Source: Methylorubrum extorquens (GTDB lineage Bacteria > Pseudomonadota > Alphaproteobacteria > Rhizobiales > Beijerinckiaceae). From it: a stretch of 32,000 nucleotides of DNA. The notes beneath the pieces were generated by a model. It did no database searches. It was not told the origin of the DNA and was given only the letters and a program-made list of their open reading frames with translations. Shown in pieces: positions 16,836-26,803 of the stretch. The translations under genes were made by a program, and so were the position numbers. Numbering within the stretch: the stretch's first letter is position 1; the number at the start of each line of letters is the position of its first letter. The stretch spans positions 3,570,001 through 3,602,000 of the forward strand of contig LT962688.1 in the NCBI GenBank assembly GCA_900234795.1, written 5' to 3'.

Positions 16836-18014
16836 GTGACCCTCACCGTCACCGTCCTCGGCGCCACCGGCTCGATCGGCCGCTCGACCACGGACCTCCT
16901 CGCCCAGCATGCGGGCCGCTTCCGCGTCGGCGCCCTCGTCGGCGGCAAGGACGCCGCGGCTCTGGCCAAGCTCGCCCTGGAGATGCGGCCGGATTTCGCC
17001 GCGCTCGCCGATGAGAGCGCGGGCCCGGCTTTGGCCGAGGTGCTCGCGGGCTCCGGCATCCCGAACGGGGCCGGCGAGAATGCGGTGCTGGAGGCGGTCG
17101 CCCGCGAGGCCGACATCGTCGTCGCGGCGGTGAGCGGCGCGGCGGGCCTGAAACCCACCCATGCCGCGCTCCGGCTCGGGCGCACCATCGCGCTCGCCAA
17201 CAAAGAGAGCCTCGTCTGCGCGGGCGACGCCTTCATGCGCGACGCCAAGCGTTACGGCGCCCGCATCCTGCCGGTGGATTCCGAGCACAACGCACTCGCC
17301 CAGGCCATGGGCGACGGCCGCGTGTCCGACATCGCCAAGATGACCCTGACCGCGTCGGGCGGCCCGTTCCGCACCTGGACCCGCGAGCGCATCGCCGCCG
17401 CGACCCCGGCCGAGGCCGCCGCCCACCCGACCTGGTCGATGGGCATGAAGATCAACATCGATTCCGCCTCCCTGATGAACAAGGGGCTGGAGCTGATCGA
17501 GGCCCACCACCTCTTCGGCATCGAGGCCGAACGGCTCGACGTGATCGTCCACCCGCAATCGATCGTGCACGGGTTGATCGCGTGGCGCGACGGCGCGGTG
17601 ACGGCGGGACTCGCCATGCCCGACATGCGCGTGCCGATCGCCCACTGCCTCGGCCTCGGCGACCGTCTGGAGATCGCCCGCGGGCGGCCGCTCGATCTGG
17701 CTGTCACCGGCAGTCTCACCTTCGAGCCGGCCGACGAGGCCCGCTTCCCCTGCCTGCGCGTCGCCCGCGCGGCGCTCGCCGAGGGCGGCGCAGCGCCCAC
17801 CGTCATGAACGCCGCCAACGAGATTGCCGTCGCCGCCTTCATCCGCGGCGCGATTCCCTTCTACGGCATCGCCGAACTGGTGGAGCGGGCGGTCGAGCAC
17901 TTCGCCGCCGAGTTCCGCCATGCGCCGGGGGACGTGGAAGAGGCACTGGCCATCGACGCGCGGGTGCGCGCCTGGAGCCTCGAGGCGGTACCCGCCGCCC
18001 GCGCCGTAGGCTAG
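16836..18014 (+). CDS. dxr: 1-deoxy-D-xylulose-5-phosphate reductoisomerase
   Basis: Family motifs VLGATGSIGRST, LANKESLV, PVDSEHNAL and HPTWSMGMKINIDSASLMNKGLELIEA are present. The preferred start is GTG at 16836, 14 nt after the cdsA stop. An alternative GTG at 16788 would overlap cdsA. Confidence 0.93.
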   Translation: MTLTVTVLGATGSIGRSTTDLLAQHAGRFRVGALVGGKDAAALAKLALEMRPDFAALADESAGPALAEVLAGSGIPNGAGENAVLEAVAREADIVVAAVSGAAGLKPTHAALRLGRTIALANKESLVCAGDAFMRDAKRYGARILPVDSEHNALAQAMGDGRVSDIAKMTLTASGGPFRTWTRERIAAATPAEAAAHPTWSMGMKINIDSASLMNKGLELIEAHHLFGIEAERLDVIVHPQSIVHGLIAWRDGAVTAGLAMPDMRVPIAHCLGLGDRLEIARGRPLDLAVTGSLTFEPADEARFPCLRVARAALAEGGAAPTVMNAANEIAVAAFIRGAIPFYGIAELVERAVEHFAAEFRHAPGDVEEALAIDARVRAWSLEAVPAARAVG

Positions 18015-18230
18015 GCTGAGAATTAACCTTTACGAAGTGTTGTCGGGGATGGCGTGCCCGGCCCAAGGGGTTGCGCGCGCGAATAGATCTCGCGCTCGAA
18101 CGTGAGGCATGCGACGATCCGCGACTTGCCGGCCATGGGCTCGCCCTGTCAGGGCGGACGGTTGAGACTGGGATGCGCGCATGACGTGCACGGATCCCAT
18201 ACGTGGGTCGCGGCCTGAAGGATAACGGCC

Positions 18231-19391
18231 ATGGAATTCTTGAGCGGCATGGGCGGCAACGCCGCCGGCTTCTTCGGCGCGGTGATCCCGTTCCTGATCG
18301 TGCTGACGATCGTCGTGTTCGTGCACGAAATGGGCCATTTCCTGGTCGGGCGCTGGTGCGGCGTCGGCGTCACCGCCTTCTCCATCGGCTTCGGTCCGGA
18401 GATCATCGGCTTCAACGACCGGCGGGGGACCCGCTGGAAGCTCTCGGCGATCCCGCTCGGCGGCTACGTGAAGTTCGTGGGCGATGCCAACGGCGCCAGC
18501 GTGCCCGACCCGGAGGCGGTCGCCCGCATGAGCCCGCACGAGCGCGCGGTGAGCTTCCCGACCCAGCCCGTGGCCAAGCGCGCAGCCATCGTCGCCGCCG
18601 GCCCCATCGCCAACTTCATCCTGGCCATCGCCGTCTTCGCGGGCGCGATCTATGTCAGCGGCCGCTACGAGACGCCGGCGCGCGTCGAGGCGGTGCAGCC
18701 GAACAGCGCCGCCGCGCGGGCGGGCTTCCAGCCCGGCGACGTGATCCGCACGATCGACGGCCAGACGGTCAACACCTTCAACGATATGCAGCGCGTCGTC
18801 TCGGCCGCCGCCGGCTCCTCGCTAGCGGTGACCGTCGATCGCGGCGGGCAGGTCCAGACCCTGACCGCCGTGCCGGACATGATCGAGGAGCGCACGCCCT
18901 TCGGTCGCCACCGCTTCGGTCGGCTCGGCATCAACGGGCCGAATGCCGGCGCGGCCAAGCTGGTGCATTATGGCCCGTTCGAGTCGCTGAAGCTCGGCGT
19001 CCACGAGACCGCCTTCGTGGTGGAGCGGACCTTCGACTACATCGGCAAGCTCGTCACCGGGCGTGAATCCGCCGACCAGCTCTCCGGCCCGATCGGCATC
19101 GCCCGGGTCTCGGGTGAGGTGGCGCGCGTCGGCGGCGTCGGCGGACTGATCGGGCTGGTGGCGCTCCTGTCGGTCTCGATCGGGCTGCTCAACCTGTTCC
19201 CGATCCCGCTCCTCGATGGGGGGCACCTGATGTTCTACGCCTTCGAGGCGGTGCGCGGCCGCCCCCTGAGCGAGCGGGCGCAGGAGATCGGCTTCCGCAT
19301 CGGACTGGCCTTCGTGCTGATGTTGATGCTGTTCGCCGCCTGGAACGACATCCTCAATCTCGGCGCCTCGCTGAGCCAGCGCGGCACCTGA
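18231..19391 (+). CDS. rseP: RIP (site-2) zinc metalloprotease RseP
   Basis: It has the HExxH motif in TM1 (VHEMGHFLVGR), a PDZ-like segment (AARAGFQPGDVIRTIDGQ) and the C-terminal LLNLFPIPLLDGGH motif. Confidence 0.95.
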   Translation: MEFLSGMGGNAAGFFGAVIPFLIVLTIVVFVHEMGHFLVGRWCGVGVTAFSIGFGPEIIGFNDRRGTRWKLSAIPLGGYVKFVGDANGASVPDPEAVARMSPHERAVSFPTQPVAKRAAIVAAGPIANFILAIAVFAGAIYVSGRYETPARVEAVQPNSAAARAGFQPGDVIRTIDGQTVNTFNDMQRVVSAAAGSSLAVTVDRGGQVQTLTAVPDMIEERTPFGRHRFGRLGINGPNAGAAKLVHYGPFESLKLGVHETAFVVERTFDYIGKLVTGRESADQLSGPIGIARVSGEVARVGGVGGLIGLVALLSVSIGLLNLFPIPLLDGGHLMFYAFEAVRGRPLSERAQEIGFRIGLAFVLMLMLFAAWNDILNLGASLSQRGT

Positions 19392-19432
19392 TCCGAGCGC
19401 TCTTCCCTTCCCCTCCCCGACCCTGTATCGAC

Positions 19433-19465
19433 GGCCCGGCGACCCCGCCGGGCCGTTCGCTTTTG
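19433..19465 (+). terminator. Probable rho-independent terminator after rseP
   Basis: An 8-bp GC stem (ggcccggc/gccgggcc) with a 6-nt loop is followed by gttcgcttttgcgg. It lies 42 nt after the rseP stop. Confidence 0.55.
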
Positions 19466-19751
19466 CGGTGAATGCCGCCTTACTACGATCAGAACGCGAA
19501 CCGGAAAGTCGTGCTCGCGATCATATTTACGCCCTATTCACGCTAATCTGAGATCACGTGAAAAGGTGCTTCGTCGTTAAGTGGCGCGAAGGCCACGACC
19601 CCTCAAAATCCCGGTATGTCGGACGGCCGCCGCGTTTGCTTCGTGGGGGAATCCCGATACAAGCGTGGCCGGGACCAGAGGGCGGTGAGCCTTAAGGGCG
19701 GCTGCCTGCGGGTGCGAACCCGTGCTGAGACAAAAAGAGACGGGCGATTAC

Positions 19752-22316
19752 ATGATGTCGATGACGGGAAAGCGCCGGCGAAAGTCGGCGGAGCGTGCCA
19801 TCGTTCTGGTCGCCACCGCCGCCACCGTGATCCTCGGCGGCGCGGCCGCGCAGGCGCAGCAGATCGTCGTCGAAGGCAACCGCCGGGTCGATTCCGAGAC
19901 GATCCGCTCCTACGTCACCGGCACCGCCACCGGGTCTCCCGAGGAGGCGCGGCGCAATCTTCTGGCCACCGGCCTCTTCTCCGACGTGCAGGTCTCCGGG
20001 CGCGGCGGCACCACCGTGGTGCGCGTGCGTGAGAACAGCGTCGTCGGCCGTGTCTTCTTCGAGGGCAACAAGAAGGTCGAGAAGGCGACGCTCGAGAGCG
20101 TCGTCGAGACCAAGGACCGCGGCGCCCTGAACCCGGCGGTGATCGCCGCCGACGTCGAGCGCATCCGCGACGTCTACAAGCGCTCGGGCCGCGGCACCGC
20201 AAAGGTCAGCTACCGCCTCGTCGACCTGCCCAGCGGACGTTCCGACGTCATCTACGCCATCGACGAGGGCGATAAGACCGGCATCCGCGAGATCCACTTC
20301 ATCGGCAACCAAGCCTATTCGGAATCGACCCTTAAGGGTCTGATGTCCTCCTCGGAGATGAACTTCCTCTCGTTCATCAAGACCTCCGACGTCTACGATC
20401 CCGACCGTATCTCCGCCGACCTCGACATCGTCCGCCGGTACTACCTGAAGAACGGCTATGCCGACTTCCGCGTCGTCAACGCCGATGCCCGCTACGTCGA
20501 GACCGGCGACGATGCCGGCTGGGTCATCAACGTCACCGTCGAGGAAGGTGAGCAATACACCGTCGGCGCAGTGGCCGTGGACCCGCGCATCGCCGGCATC
20601 GACCGCGAGGCGCTCGACGGGCAGATCCGCGCCCAGGTCGGCGACGTCTACAACGCCGAGGACGTCGAGAAGACGCTCGTTGGCGTCACCAACGAGGTCA
20701 ACCGCCAGGGCTACCCCTTCGCCCAAGTGCGTCCCACCGGCCAGCGCGACCGCGCCACCCATCAGGTCGCCCTCGGCTTCGTGGTCGAGGACGGACCGCG
20801 CGTCTACGTCGAGCGCATCAACATCCGCGGCAACACCCGGACCCGCGACTACGTCATCCGCCGCGAGCTCGATCTGACCGAGGGCGATGCCTATAACCGC
20901 GTGCTGGTCGATCGTGCCGAGCGCCGGCTGAACGGCCTGGGCTTCTTCAAGAAGGTGCGCTTCTCCAACGAGCCGGGCTCCGCCCCGGATCGGGTGGTCG
21001 TGAACATCGACGTTGAGGATCAGCCCACGGGTTCGTTCTCGGTGGCCGGCGGCTACTCCACCCAGGACGGCATCATCGGCGAAGTCTCGGTCTCCGAGTC
21101 GAACTTCCTTGGCCGCGGCCAGTACGTGCGCCTCGCGGTCCAGGGCGGCCAGTACGCCCGCGGCATCGATTTCTCGTTCACCGAGCCGTACTTCCTCGGC
21201 TACCGCCTCGCGGCCGGCTTCGACGCCTTCTACAAGTACTCCGACCTGACCCGTTGGTCGCGCTACGAGACGACCGTCTATGGCGGCCAGCTCCGCCTCG
21301 GCCTGCCGATCACCGAGGAATTCGGCGTCACCTTCCGCTACTCGGTCTACAACACCGAACTGCGGGTGCCGAACACCATCAAGCGGCCCTACAACGACTG
21401 CTCCGTGGCGATCCCCGGCTACACGGCCATCAACCCGGCCGGCACGATCGACCCGTCGAGCGGTCGTGACGTCGGTGGCCTCCCGGCCTATCCGAACTGC
21501 GCCTTCGACGGCGAGGCCTCGATCGCGCTCAAGGGCCAGCAGGGCAACGTGCTGACCTCGCTCGCGGGCGTCACCCTGGCCTACTCGACGCTGGATAACC
21601 TTCAGCGGCCGACGAACGGCTTCTACGGCGAGTTGAAGCCGGATGTGGCCGGCATCGGCGGCGACTCCAAGTTCTTCCGCGTGACGGGTGATGCCCGCTA
21701 CTACAAGGAACTGTGGGAGGACGTGGTCGGCTTCGTGCGTCTCCAGGGCGGCCACGTCTCGAACCTCGACGATCAGCCGCTTCGCATCACCGACCAGTTC
21801 TTCCTCGGCCCGTCGCTGGTCCGCGGCTTCGCCCCGAACGGCCTCGGCCCGCGCGACATCGGCATCGCCGACGCCCGCTCCAACGCCATCGGCGGCACGA
21901 CCTACTTCGGCGCCACCGTCGAAGTTCAGTTCCCGATCTGGGGTCTGCCGCGGGATCTCGGCCTGAAGGGCGCGCTGTTTGCCGATGCCGGTACGCTGTT
22001 CGGCTATGATGGCCGCCGCAACTTCGACGTGAACCGCGACGGCTTCATCAACGGCTTCGCGCCGGGATCGGGCTGCAACTACACGAACTTCGGTGCCGGC
22101 GCGATCACTGTCGAGCCCGAATGCGTGAACGTCCGCGACAAGGCGACGATCCGTTCCTCGGTCGGTGCCTCGATCCTGTGGAACTCGCCGCTCGGCCCGA
22201 TCCGCTTCGACTACGCCTACGCGCTGTCGAAGGACGAGGGTGTCCAGACGGCTCTGGGCAAGGTCGGCAAGGACCAGCTCCAGGCGTTCCGCTTCTCCGG
22301 CGGCTCGCGCTTCTGA
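19752..22316 (+). CDS. bamA: Outer membrane protein assembly factor BamA
   Basis: It has a signal peptide (KRRRKSAERAIVLVATAATVILGGAAAQAQ), POTRA repeats (IVVEGNRRVD.., VFFEGNKKV.., IHFIGNQAYS.., INIRGNTRTRDYVIRRE) and an Omp85 barrel ending in an aromatic residue (..FRFSGGSRF). The start is set at the ATGATG at 19752. GTG at 19722 is also possible. Confidence 0.95.
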   Translation: MMSMTGKRRRKSAERAIVLVATAATVILGGAAAQAQQIVVEGNRRVDSETIRSYVTGTATGSPEEARRNLLATGLFSDVQVSGRGGTTVVRVRENSVVGRVFFEGNKKVEKATLESVVETKDRGALNPAVIAADVERIRDVYKRSGRGTAKVSYRLVDLPSGRSDVIYAIDEGDKTGIREIHFIGNQAYSESTLKGLMSSSEMNFLSFIKTSDVYDPDRISADLDIVRRYYLKNGYADFRVVNADARYVETGDDAGWVINVTVEEGEQYTVGAVAVDPRIAGIDREALDGQIRAQVGDVYNAEDVEKTLVGVTNEVNRQGYPFAQVRPTGQRDRATHQVALGFVVEDGPRVYVERINIRGNTRTRDYVIRRELDLTEGDAYNRVLVDRAERRLNGLGFFKKVRFSNEPGSAPDRVVVNIDVEDQPTGSFSVAGGYSTQDGIIGEVSVSESNFLGRGQYVRLAVQGGQYARGIDFSFTEPYFLGYRLAAGFDAFYKYSDLTRWSRYETTVYGGQLRLGLPITEEFGVTFRYSVYNTELRVPNTIKRPYNDCSVAIPGYTAINPAGTIDPSSGRDVGGLPAYPNCAFDGEASIALKGQQGNVLTSLAGVTLAYSTLDNLQRPTNGFYGELKPDVAGIGGDSKFFRVTGDARYYKELWEDVVGFVRLQGGHVSNLDDQPLRITDQFFLGPSLVRGFAPNGLGPRDIGIADARSNAIGGTTYFGATVEVQFPIWGLPRDLGLKGALFADAGTLFGYDGRRNFDVNRDGFINGFAPGSGCNYTNFGAGAITVEPECVNVRDKATIRSSVGASILWNSPLGPIRFDYAYALSKDEGVQTALGKVGKDQLQAFRFSGGSRF

Positions 22317-22338
22317 TCCTCGAAGCATTGGCTTGGAA

Positions 22339-22384
22339 GAGCCGTGCCTGACCGTATCCCGGTCAGGCACGGCTCTTTTGCTTT
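22339..22384 (+). terminator. Strong rho-independent terminator after bamA
   Basis: It has a perfect 14-bp stem (agccgtgcctgacc / ggtcaggcacggct) and a 7-nt loop, followed immediately by cttttgctttt. It starts 23 nt after the bamA stop. Confidence 0.85.
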
Positions 22385-22478
22385 TGGTGGTCCGTCCGCT
22401 CCCCTCCGGGTGGATGCCCCTTCCGACGAAGAGCGCTATAGCGGCGCCCAGCTCCCTCCCCTGCCGGCGTCGAACCTC

Positions 22479-23534
22479 ATGTCAGATCCCGTCTTCATCG
22501 CGCCGAAAGGCGGCTTGACCCTCGGCAGCGTCGCCGAGGCCTGCGGCGTCCCGCTCCCCGACGGCGCCGACCCGTCGCAGCCGGTGACCGGCGCCGCCCC
22601 CCTTGAAACCGCGGGGCCGAGCGAACTCGCCTATATGGACAATGCCCGCTACGGCGACGCACTGGCCACGACGCGGGCGCTGGCCTGCCTCGTCTCGCCG
22701 CGCTTCGCTCCCCGCGTGCCGGCCGGCACCATCGCCCTCGTCACCCGCGATCCCTACCGCGCCTATGCCGGGCTGCTGGCACGCCTCTACGAGGAGGCGA
22801 TGCGGCCGGGCTCGCTGTTTGCCGCCGCCGGGGTATCCCCCGGCGCCCACGTCCACCCGCAGGCGCGGCTGGAGGATGGCGTGCGCATCGATCCCGGCGC
22901 CGTCGTCGGCCCCGGCGCCGAGATCGGCGCGGGCACGGTGCTCGGTCCCAACGCGGTGATCGGCCCCAACGTGCGGATCGGCCGCGACTGCTCCATCGGC
23001 GCGGGCGCGACCCTGACCCATGCACTCGTCGGCAACCGCGTCATCGTCCATCCCGGCGCCCGGATCGGTCAGGACGGGTTCGGCTTCGCCATGGGCGCGG
23101 GCGGCCACATCAAGGTGCCGCAGGTCGGCCGCGTGATCATCCAGGACGATGTCGAAATCGGCGCCAATACCACCATCGACCGGGGCGCCTCGCGCGATAC
23201 GGTGGTCGGCGAGGGCACAAAAATCGATAACCTCGTGCAGATCGCCCACAACGTGGTGATCGGCCGCCACTGCGTGATCGTTTCCGGCGTCGGCATCTCC
23301 GGCTCGACCACGCTGGAGGATTACGTGGTGCTCGGCGGCCAAGTCGGTGTCGTCGGCCACCTGCGCATCGGCATGGGCTCGCAGATCGCCGGCTCCTCCA
23401 ACGTCAACCGCGACGTGCCGCCAGGCTCGCGCTGGGGCGGCACGCCGGCCAAGCCCGTGCGGACCTGGTTCCGCGAGATGACGACGCTGGCCCGCCTCGC
23501 CGAACGCGGGGGCAAGGACGAGGCGGAGGGGTGA
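22479..23534 (+). CDS. lpxD: UDP-3-O-(3-hydroxyacyl)glucosamine N-acyltransferase
   Basis: The N-terminus is LpxD-type ([23 protein letters not shown]). Left-handed beta-helix hexapeptide repeats are present ([29 protein letters not shown].., [23 protein letters not shown]). ATG at 22479 is preferred, because the longer track ORF starts inside the bamA terminator. Confidence 0.93.
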   Translation: MSDPVFIAPKGGLTLGSVAEACGVPLPDGADPSQPVTGAAPLETAGPSELAYMDNARYGDALATTRALACLVSPRFAPRVPAGTIALVTRDPYRAYAGLLARLYEEAMRPGSLFAAAGVSPGAHVHPQARLEDGVRIDPGAVVGPGAEIGAGTVLGPNAVIGPNVRIGRDCSIGAGATLTHALVGNRVIVHPGARIGQDGFGFAMGAGGHIKVPQVGRVIIQDDVEIGANTTIDRGASRDTVVGEGTKIDNLVQIAHNVVIGRHCVIVSGVGISGSTTLEDYVVLGGQVGVVGHLRIGMGSQIAGSSNVNRDVPPGSRWGGTPAKPVRTWFREMTTLARLAERGGKDEAEG

Positions 23535-23537
23535 GGT

Positions 23538-23580
23538 TCAGGGCTCTGCCCTGAGACCCGCCAAAGGGCTTGCCCTTTGG
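23538..23580. terminator. Two tandem GC-rich hairpins between convergent lpxD and the WcbI-like gene (REP-like / bidirectional terminator)
   Basis: Hairpin 1 at 23538-23554 is tcagggc-tct-gccctga. Hairpin 2 at 23561-23580 is ccaaagggc-tt-gccctttgg. Both were read directly. Confidence 0.5.
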
Positions 23581-23595
23581 GAACCCGTTACGGGC

Positions 23596-24591
23596 TCAAG
23601 CCGCGAACAGCCTGCGGATCTCGGGTGACGCCGCCCAGTGCTCGATCCGGTGGCAGGTCAGGGTCTCGCGTGGCTGCCCGCGATAGATCGCGAGGCTTTC
23701 CGCGACGAAGGCGTCGAGACCGAGGGTCTCGGGCGGCGCGCCCCGGCGCTGGCGGCGCTTGAAGATCGTGGAGCCCGGCAGGCCGTAGAGCATCGCCACC
23801 GGCGGATAGACCGGCCAGATCGCGTCGTCCAAGAGCTCATCCGGCGCATAGGCCTCGACCGCGACCGGCCGCAGCGTGAGCCCGGCTTCGCGCAGCAGCC
23901 GCCCGGCGATGTCGCCCAGCACGCTCAGGCGCGGATGGTTGATGTTGTGCATGAACAGGCCGCCCCGCGACCAGCGCAGCAGATCGCCCGAGAGGTCGAA
24001 GCCGATCGCCCGGCTCGACGCGATCAGGTCCGCAGCGGCCAGCCCCCAGGCGTCGAGATAGCCGAGGCGCGAAAACACGTCCTTACGGAACAGGCCGACG
24101 ATCCGCTCCGGCGAGAGGCCCTGGAGGAATCCGAACAGGGTGATCGCCGAGTGGTAGCTGCCGAGCGGTGACGGCACCAACATCACCCGCGCCACCGAGG
24201 TGAGGTCGCCGACATAGACCGCGTCCGGGTGGAACGCCGTGAAGACGATCGAAGGGAAGAGGCGCATCCGCGGCAGCCGTTCGTGCAGCGCCTCCGAGCC
24301 GCCCTCCGGGAAGAAGCCCGTCGGGAAGGGCTGGGAGAAGACGTAGTCGCAATCGCCGAGCGTGGCGGCAAAGGCATCGAGGCTGCGCTCGCGCTTGCCC
24401 AGCGTGCTCATCGGGATCAGCCGCACCCGCGCGCCCGGCGCGAGGATGCGCACGGCCTCCGCCACGCCCTTCGCCTGGCAATTGCCGATCACCGCGATCC
24501 GGGGACCGTTCAGGCCGGCCTCATCCGACCCGCGCCGTCCGGCCCAGGGGGGAGACACGGCCCCGAGCAGCCGCGACAGCCTGAGGGCCAA
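23596..24591 (-). CDS. Uncharacterised protein, tentatively WcbI-like (capsule-biosynthesis WcbI family)
   Basis: The ORF is 331 aa with high GC3 and lies 8 nt downstream of the phosphatase gene on the same strand. The motifs IAVIGNCQ, FTAFHPD and MHNINHP match my recollection of the WcbI family and need HMM confirmation. The start is uncertain (TTG 24591 or GTG 24558). Confidence 0.75.
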   Translation of the reverse strand: MALRLSRLLGAVSPPWAGRRGSDEAGLNGPRIAVIGNCQAKGVAEAVRILAPGARVRLIPMSTLGKRERSLDAFAATLGDCDYVFSQPFPTGFFPEGGSEALHERLPRMRLFPSIVFTAFHPDAVYVGDLTSVARVMLVPSPLGSYHSAITLFGFLQGLSPERIVGLFRKDVFSRLGYLDAWGLAAADLIASSRAIGFDLSGDLLRWSRGGLFMHNINHPRLSVLGDIAGRLLREAGLTLRPVAVEAYAPDELLDDAIWPVYPPVAMLYGLPGSTIFKRRQRRGAPPETLGLDAFVAESLAIYRGQPRETLTCHRIEHWAASPEIRRLFAA

Positions 24592-24599
24592 GGCGGCGC

Positions 24600-25325
24600 C
24601 TACTCGCGCCGCAGCAGGCGGTCGACGACGACGTCGGACCAGAAACCGGCACGGAAGTTTTGGGTGATCGCCTGCGGATCGTAGCTGTGCTCGACCCAGT
24701 CCAGAAAGCTCTGGCCCCGGGCCTCGCCCTCGCGGAGATAGGTCGCGAAGAACGCGTCGAGAATGCCGGTCTTGGCAAAGCGGAAATGGCCGTAGCGCGG
24801 CGAGAGCTGGCGCAAGGCCTCCCGCACCGGCCGGCCCTCGTGCAGGATCAGGAACAGGGTCGCGGCAAGCCCGGCCCGGTCCGCCCCCGACTTGCAGTGC
24901 ATCACCGCAGGGTATTCGAGGCCGGCGAAGAAGTCGCGCGCCGCCAGCAGGGTCTCGCGGGAGGGCGCCTCGCGCGAGCGCAGCACGAACTCGACGAGGT
25001 TCAGCCCCTGCCGCTCACAGGCCTCACGCTGGAGGGGCCAGGAGCCGTGCTCACGCCCACCGCGCAGCGACACGATCGTGCGCACGCCCTGGCGCTTGAA
25101 CCACGCGAGCTGGTGCGGCGTCGGCTGGGCCGAACGCCAGACCAACCCGGTGCCGATCCGGTGCCGGTTGAGATAGGCGAGACGGAAGATTCCGTGATCG
25201 ACCAGCAGCATGTTCGCCCAGGCCTTCGCCCGGGAGACGGAGCCGTCGATCGGCCGCTCGAACTTCGCGATGCGGGCCATGCGCCGCGCGTAGCGGGTCT
25301 CGGGAGGAAGGAAGCGGTTGAACAC
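24600..25325 (-). CDS. Cys-based (CX5R) dual-specificity/tyrosine-phosphatase-family protein
   Basis: It has the P-loop VMHCKSGADRAGL (HCxxGxxR), preceded by an LVWRSAQP...GVRTIVSLRG segment typical of bacterial DSP/PTP-like folds. The start is either GTG at 25325 or ATG at 25280. Confidence 0.8.
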   Translation of the reverse strand: MFNRFLPPETRYARRMARIAKFERPIDGSVSRAKAWANMLLVDHGIFRLAYLNRHRIGTGLVWRSAQPTPHQLAWFKRQGVRTIVSLRGGREHGSWPLQREACERQGLNLVEFVLRSREAPSRETLLAARDFFAGLEYPAVMHCKSGADRAGLAATLFLILHEGRPVREALRQLSPRYGHFRFAKTGILDAFFATYLREGEARGQSFLDWVEHSYDPQAITQNFRAGFWSDVVVDRLLRRE

Positions 25326-25462
25326 GGATGGCTGCGAGAGGCGTGTCGGAGCGTTCCTCTAACAGCCCGCGATTCGGGCGACAACGCACCCCGTTTCAGG
25401 CCGTTGCCGAACCGCTCGCTTTGCCGTCATCATGCGGCATCGGCTCGTAATCGGACCACACC

Positions 25463-25969
25463 ATGACGACGACCACGGTGAGCATCCGCCGTGCCCGCGC
25501 CGCGGACGCCGCCAGCCTCTCGGCGGTCTTCGACGATGCGTGGCGCGAGGCCTATCAGGGCGTGATTCCAGGGGTCGCCCTGGAGCGCTTCCTGGCCCGG
25601 CGCGGACCGGAGACTTGGCGCGAGATGATCGGTGGCGGGCGCGGATTCGCCGTCATCACCTTCGGCGAGCGGATCGCGGGCTACGCCACCTACGGCCGGG
25701 CACGGGACCGGGCCATGCGGGCGGACGGAGAGATCGACGAACTGTACATCGCCCCGGAATTCCAGGGGCTCGGGCTCGGCACGCGCCTGTTCCGAGCGGT
25801 GCGCAACGACCTGATCGACCGCGGGCTCACCCGCATCGGGGTCTGGGCTCTCGCCGACAACGCCCGCGCCTGCGGTTTCTACGAGGGCCTGGGCGGCGTG
25901 GCCGGCGCGGAATCGGTGGAGCGCATCTCCGGCTTCTGCCTGCCGAAGGTCGGCTACCTCTTCACCTGA
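25463..25969 (+). CDS. GNAT-family N-acetyltransferase
   Basis: The ORF is 168 aa. It has the acetyl-CoA-binding motif ELYIAPEFQGLGLGTRLF and an overall GNAT layout. It is divergent from the phosphatase gene across a 137-nt spacer. Confidence 0.88.
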   Translation: MTTTTVSIRRARAADAASLSAVFDDAWREAYQGVIPGVALERFLARRGPETWREMIGGGRGFAVITFGERIAGYATYGRARDRAMRADGEIDELYIAPEFQGLGLGTRLFRAVRNDLIDRGLTRIGVWALADNARACGFYEGLGGVAGAESVERISGFCLPKVGYLFT

Positions 25970-26243
25970 TCGCGCCGGGAGCAAAGCATCGTCCCGGATG
26001 GTGGTGCGGGCTCCGGAGCGAGCCGCTGCTCAAGGCCGGAAGTGGGGCCGGACGGTCCAAACCCGCGTTTTTCGCCACGCGATGGCGGAGGAGACGCAAC
26101 TTGGCCAGAGGGACGATTTCATTTCCCGCCCGCACAATCTAAGACATCGATCGATGGGTGCGGCGTTGTAAGCTGCCCCCGCACGAGACACCCGCCGGAC
26201 AGGGCGAAGCGTCCGACGGCCGGATTTCAGAGAGCACAGGCCC

Positions 26244-26783
26244 ATGGACATCAACGCCATCTCGATCGGCAAGAATCCGCCGGACGACGTCAACGTGATC
26301 GTCGAAGTGCCGCTCGGCGGTGAGCCGATCAAGTACGAGATGGACAAGGACGCCGGCACGCTCGTCGTCGACCGGTTCCTCTACACGCCGATGTTCTATC
26401 CCGGCAATTACGGATTCATCCCGCACACCCTCTCCGGTGACGGTGATCCCTGCGACGTGCTGGTGGCCAACACCCGCGCGATCATCCCGGGCGCGGTCAT
26501 CAGCGTGCGCCCCGTCGGCGTTCTGGTGATGGAGGATGACGGCGGCGAGGATGAGAAGATCATCGCCGTGCCCTCGCGCAAGCTGACCCAGCGCTACAAC
26601 CGCGTCGAGAACTACACCGACCTGCCCGATATCACGGTCAGCCAGATCCAGCACTTCTTCGAGCACTACAAGGATCTGGAGCCCGGCAAGTGGGTGAAGG
26701 TCGTGCGCTGGGGCGACAAGGCGGAAGCCCATCGCCTGATTCTCGAAGGCATCGAGCGCGCCAAGGCCCAGAAGGTCGGCTGA
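26244..26783 (+). CDS. ppa: Inorganic diphosphatase (family I)
   Basis: The ORF is 179 aa. Conserved segments include [57 protein letters not shown]. Confidence 0.96.
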   Translation: MDINAISIGKNPPDDVNVIVEVPLGGEPIKYEMDKDAGTLVVDRFLYTPMFYPGNYGFIPHTLSGDGDPCDVLVANTRAIIPGAVISVRPVGVLVMEDDGGEDEKIIAVPSRKLTQRYNRVENYTDLPDITVSQIQHFFEHYKDLEPGKWVKVVRWGDKAEAHRLILEGIERAKAQKVG

Positions 26784-26803
26784 TTCGTTCTTGACGACAG
26801 AAG

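Noticed and set aside
19692-22370. 892-aa ORF antisense to bamA
   Set aside because: It mirrors the bamA frame over its whole length, and the product is low in complexity (runs of A, V, D, G, R). bamA itself is unambiguous.
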